Below are positions 62,810-64,000 of a DNA stretch of 64,000 bases, in pieces; the stretch's first letter is position 1, and every line of letters begins with the position of its first letter. The notes below the pieces were generated by a model, which saw only the letters and a list, made by a program, of their open reading frames with translations, was not told where the DNA came from and ran no database searches. The stretch comes from Candidatus Marinacidobacterium sp. Its GTDB lineage: Bacteria; Acidobacteriota; Vicinamibacteria; Marinacidobacterales; Marinacidobacteraceae. The stretch spans positions 2,304,001 to 2,368,000 of the forward strand of contig OZ244852.1 of NCBI GenBank assembly GCA_965220965.1, written 5' to 3'. Position numbers and translations under genes: made by a program.

Positions 62810-64000
62810 TCAGGGAAGCTCCGCCAGCGCCCCCTCGGCGGCGTTCCGCAGCACGTTCCGGGGCGACGCCATCCCGGCGGCTTCCTCGAGGACGCTTCGC
62901 ACGGCCGGATCTCCGGTCGCCCCGAGCGCGGTGAGCGCCGCCGCCCGCGCGCGGTAGCTGGTGTCCTCCCGGAAACGCGCGATCAGGAACTCCGGGTCGG
63001 CCGCGCCGCCGAGACGCGCCACCGCCTCGGTGCGCACATCGGACTTCGCGTCGCCGGTGGCGGCCTGGCGCAAAACAGCGTGGTCCGCCGGGTCTTCCGG
63101 GTCGAGCCCGGCGACCGCCGCCTGCCGCACTGACCAGAACGGATCCCCGGCGGCGACCTCGCGCAGGACCGCCCGCGCCTCGCCGTCGCCGAGCGCTCCC
63201 AGCGCCTCGGCGGCGCGGCGCCGTCCGACGGAGTCGTCATCCAGGATCTGGGCCGCCCACTCCTCGAAGCTCTTGGCGAAGCGGATCTCGCCGGGCAGCA
63301 CGTCGTCGGCGTCGAACCGCACGTAGAGGGGCCGGGAGGCGGCCGGATAGCGGACCGTCGCTTCCCGCTCCTCGAGCAGGAAGGGGTGGGTCTCTTCCCC
63401 CTCCCCGGTCACGACCCGGACGGTCAGCGGGGCCCGGTAGGCGAGGGGAACGGTCCCGAGACTCGCCGCCTCGGTCTGGACCTGCCGCACGCTCAGTTCG
63501 ACGCTCCCATCGGACCACTCGCTCTCCAGTTCGAGGATCGGGTGCCCCGGGCGGCGGAGCCACATGTCCACGAACCAGCGGATGTCCCCGCCGCCGGCCT
63601 CGGCGAAGGCGGCGATGAAGTCCTCAGTGTCCACCGGCTGGAACGCGTGCTTCTCGAGGAAATGCTCGATCGAGTCGTGGAAGGCCTCGGGGCCGGTGAT
63701 GTGGCGCAGCAGGTGGATCAGCGCGGCGCCCTTGGGATAGGTGTGGGAGTCGAAGTTGTCGTTCGGGCGGATCCAGCGGTTCGAGACGACCGGGCGAAGG
63801 ACGGTGCGCGCCTGCCGGAAATAGGACTGGCGCTTCCGGCGCATGTTCTCGGCCGCCTCGTCGGGACCCAGTTCCTCCGCGTGCCAGCGGTACTCGGACC
63901 AGGTCGCGAAGCTCTCGCTGAGCCAGGTCTCACCCCAGTCGCGGTAGGAGACCAGGTTCCCCCACCAGTGGTGCGCGGCCTCATGCGCCACCAGCCCGTG
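62810..64000 (-). CDS. M1 family aminopeptidase with C-terminal HEAT repeats (5' part outside window)
   Basis: HEAAHHWWGNLV..W..LSESFA (HExxH-x18-E), YPKGA, HEAT-like VRxxAxxAL repeats. Confidence 0.92.
   Translation of the reverse strand, partial: HGLVAHEAAHHWWGNLVSYRDWGETWLSESFATWSEYRWHAEELGPDEAAENMRRKRQSYFRQARTVLRPVVSNRWIRPNDNFDSHTYPKGAALIHLLRHITGPEAFHDSIEHFLEKHAFQPVDTEDFIAAFAEAGGGDIRWFVDMWLRRPGHPILELESEWSDGSVELSVRQVQTEAASLGTVPLAYRAPLTVRVVTGEGEETHPFLLEEREATVRYPAASRPLYVRFDADDVLPGEIRFAKSFEEWAAQILDDDSVGRRRAAEALGALGDGEARAVLREVAAGDPFWSVRQAAVAGLDPEDPADHAVLRQAATGDAKSDVRTEAVARLGGAADPEFLIARFREDTSYRARAAALTALGATGDPAVRSVLEEAAGMASPRNVLRNAAEGALAELP

Noticed and set aside
1-64000. tRNA, rRNA, riboswitch, reverse transcriptase/retron/DGR, selenocysteine readthrough
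   Set aside because: No recognisable signatures by eye; an Infernal/tRNAscan run would be needed to exclude small RNAs.

Overview
Very GC-rich bacterial chromosome segment. Acidobacteriota is the likely source (inference from the acidobacterial VWA+TPR pair, a carboxypeptidase-regulatory-domain TonB receptor and a PQQ-like propeller); a host-associated lifestyle is possible but not shown. I saw no rRNA, tRNA, CRISPR array, integrase or transposase. The left end (1-8.4 kb) is a metal-homeostasis locus. It has a small secreted HxH/CxxC leader peptide ending in RAPP, whose RAPP codons are an exact 11-nt complement of the Shine-Dalgarno region of the downstream His/Glu-loop TonB-dependent receptor, plus a CzcC-like TolC, a CDF and a ZIP-like protein. 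The core genes include a mycobacterial Sdh1-type succinate dehydrogenase operon, pcm, mmuM and many exported peptidases/amidohydrolases. Single accessory genes are scattered among them: a WYL regulator, a Fic protein preceded by three copies of a tripartite AT-rich repeat, two AAA_21-type and two AAA_14/DUF4143 ATPases, an MT-A70 methyltransferase, an XRE-ImmA + PIN pair, a lower-GC HEPN-like ORF and a MITE-like element. Several antitoxin-like genes lack their usual toxin partner. All product calls come from motif recognition by eye; no database searches were run.
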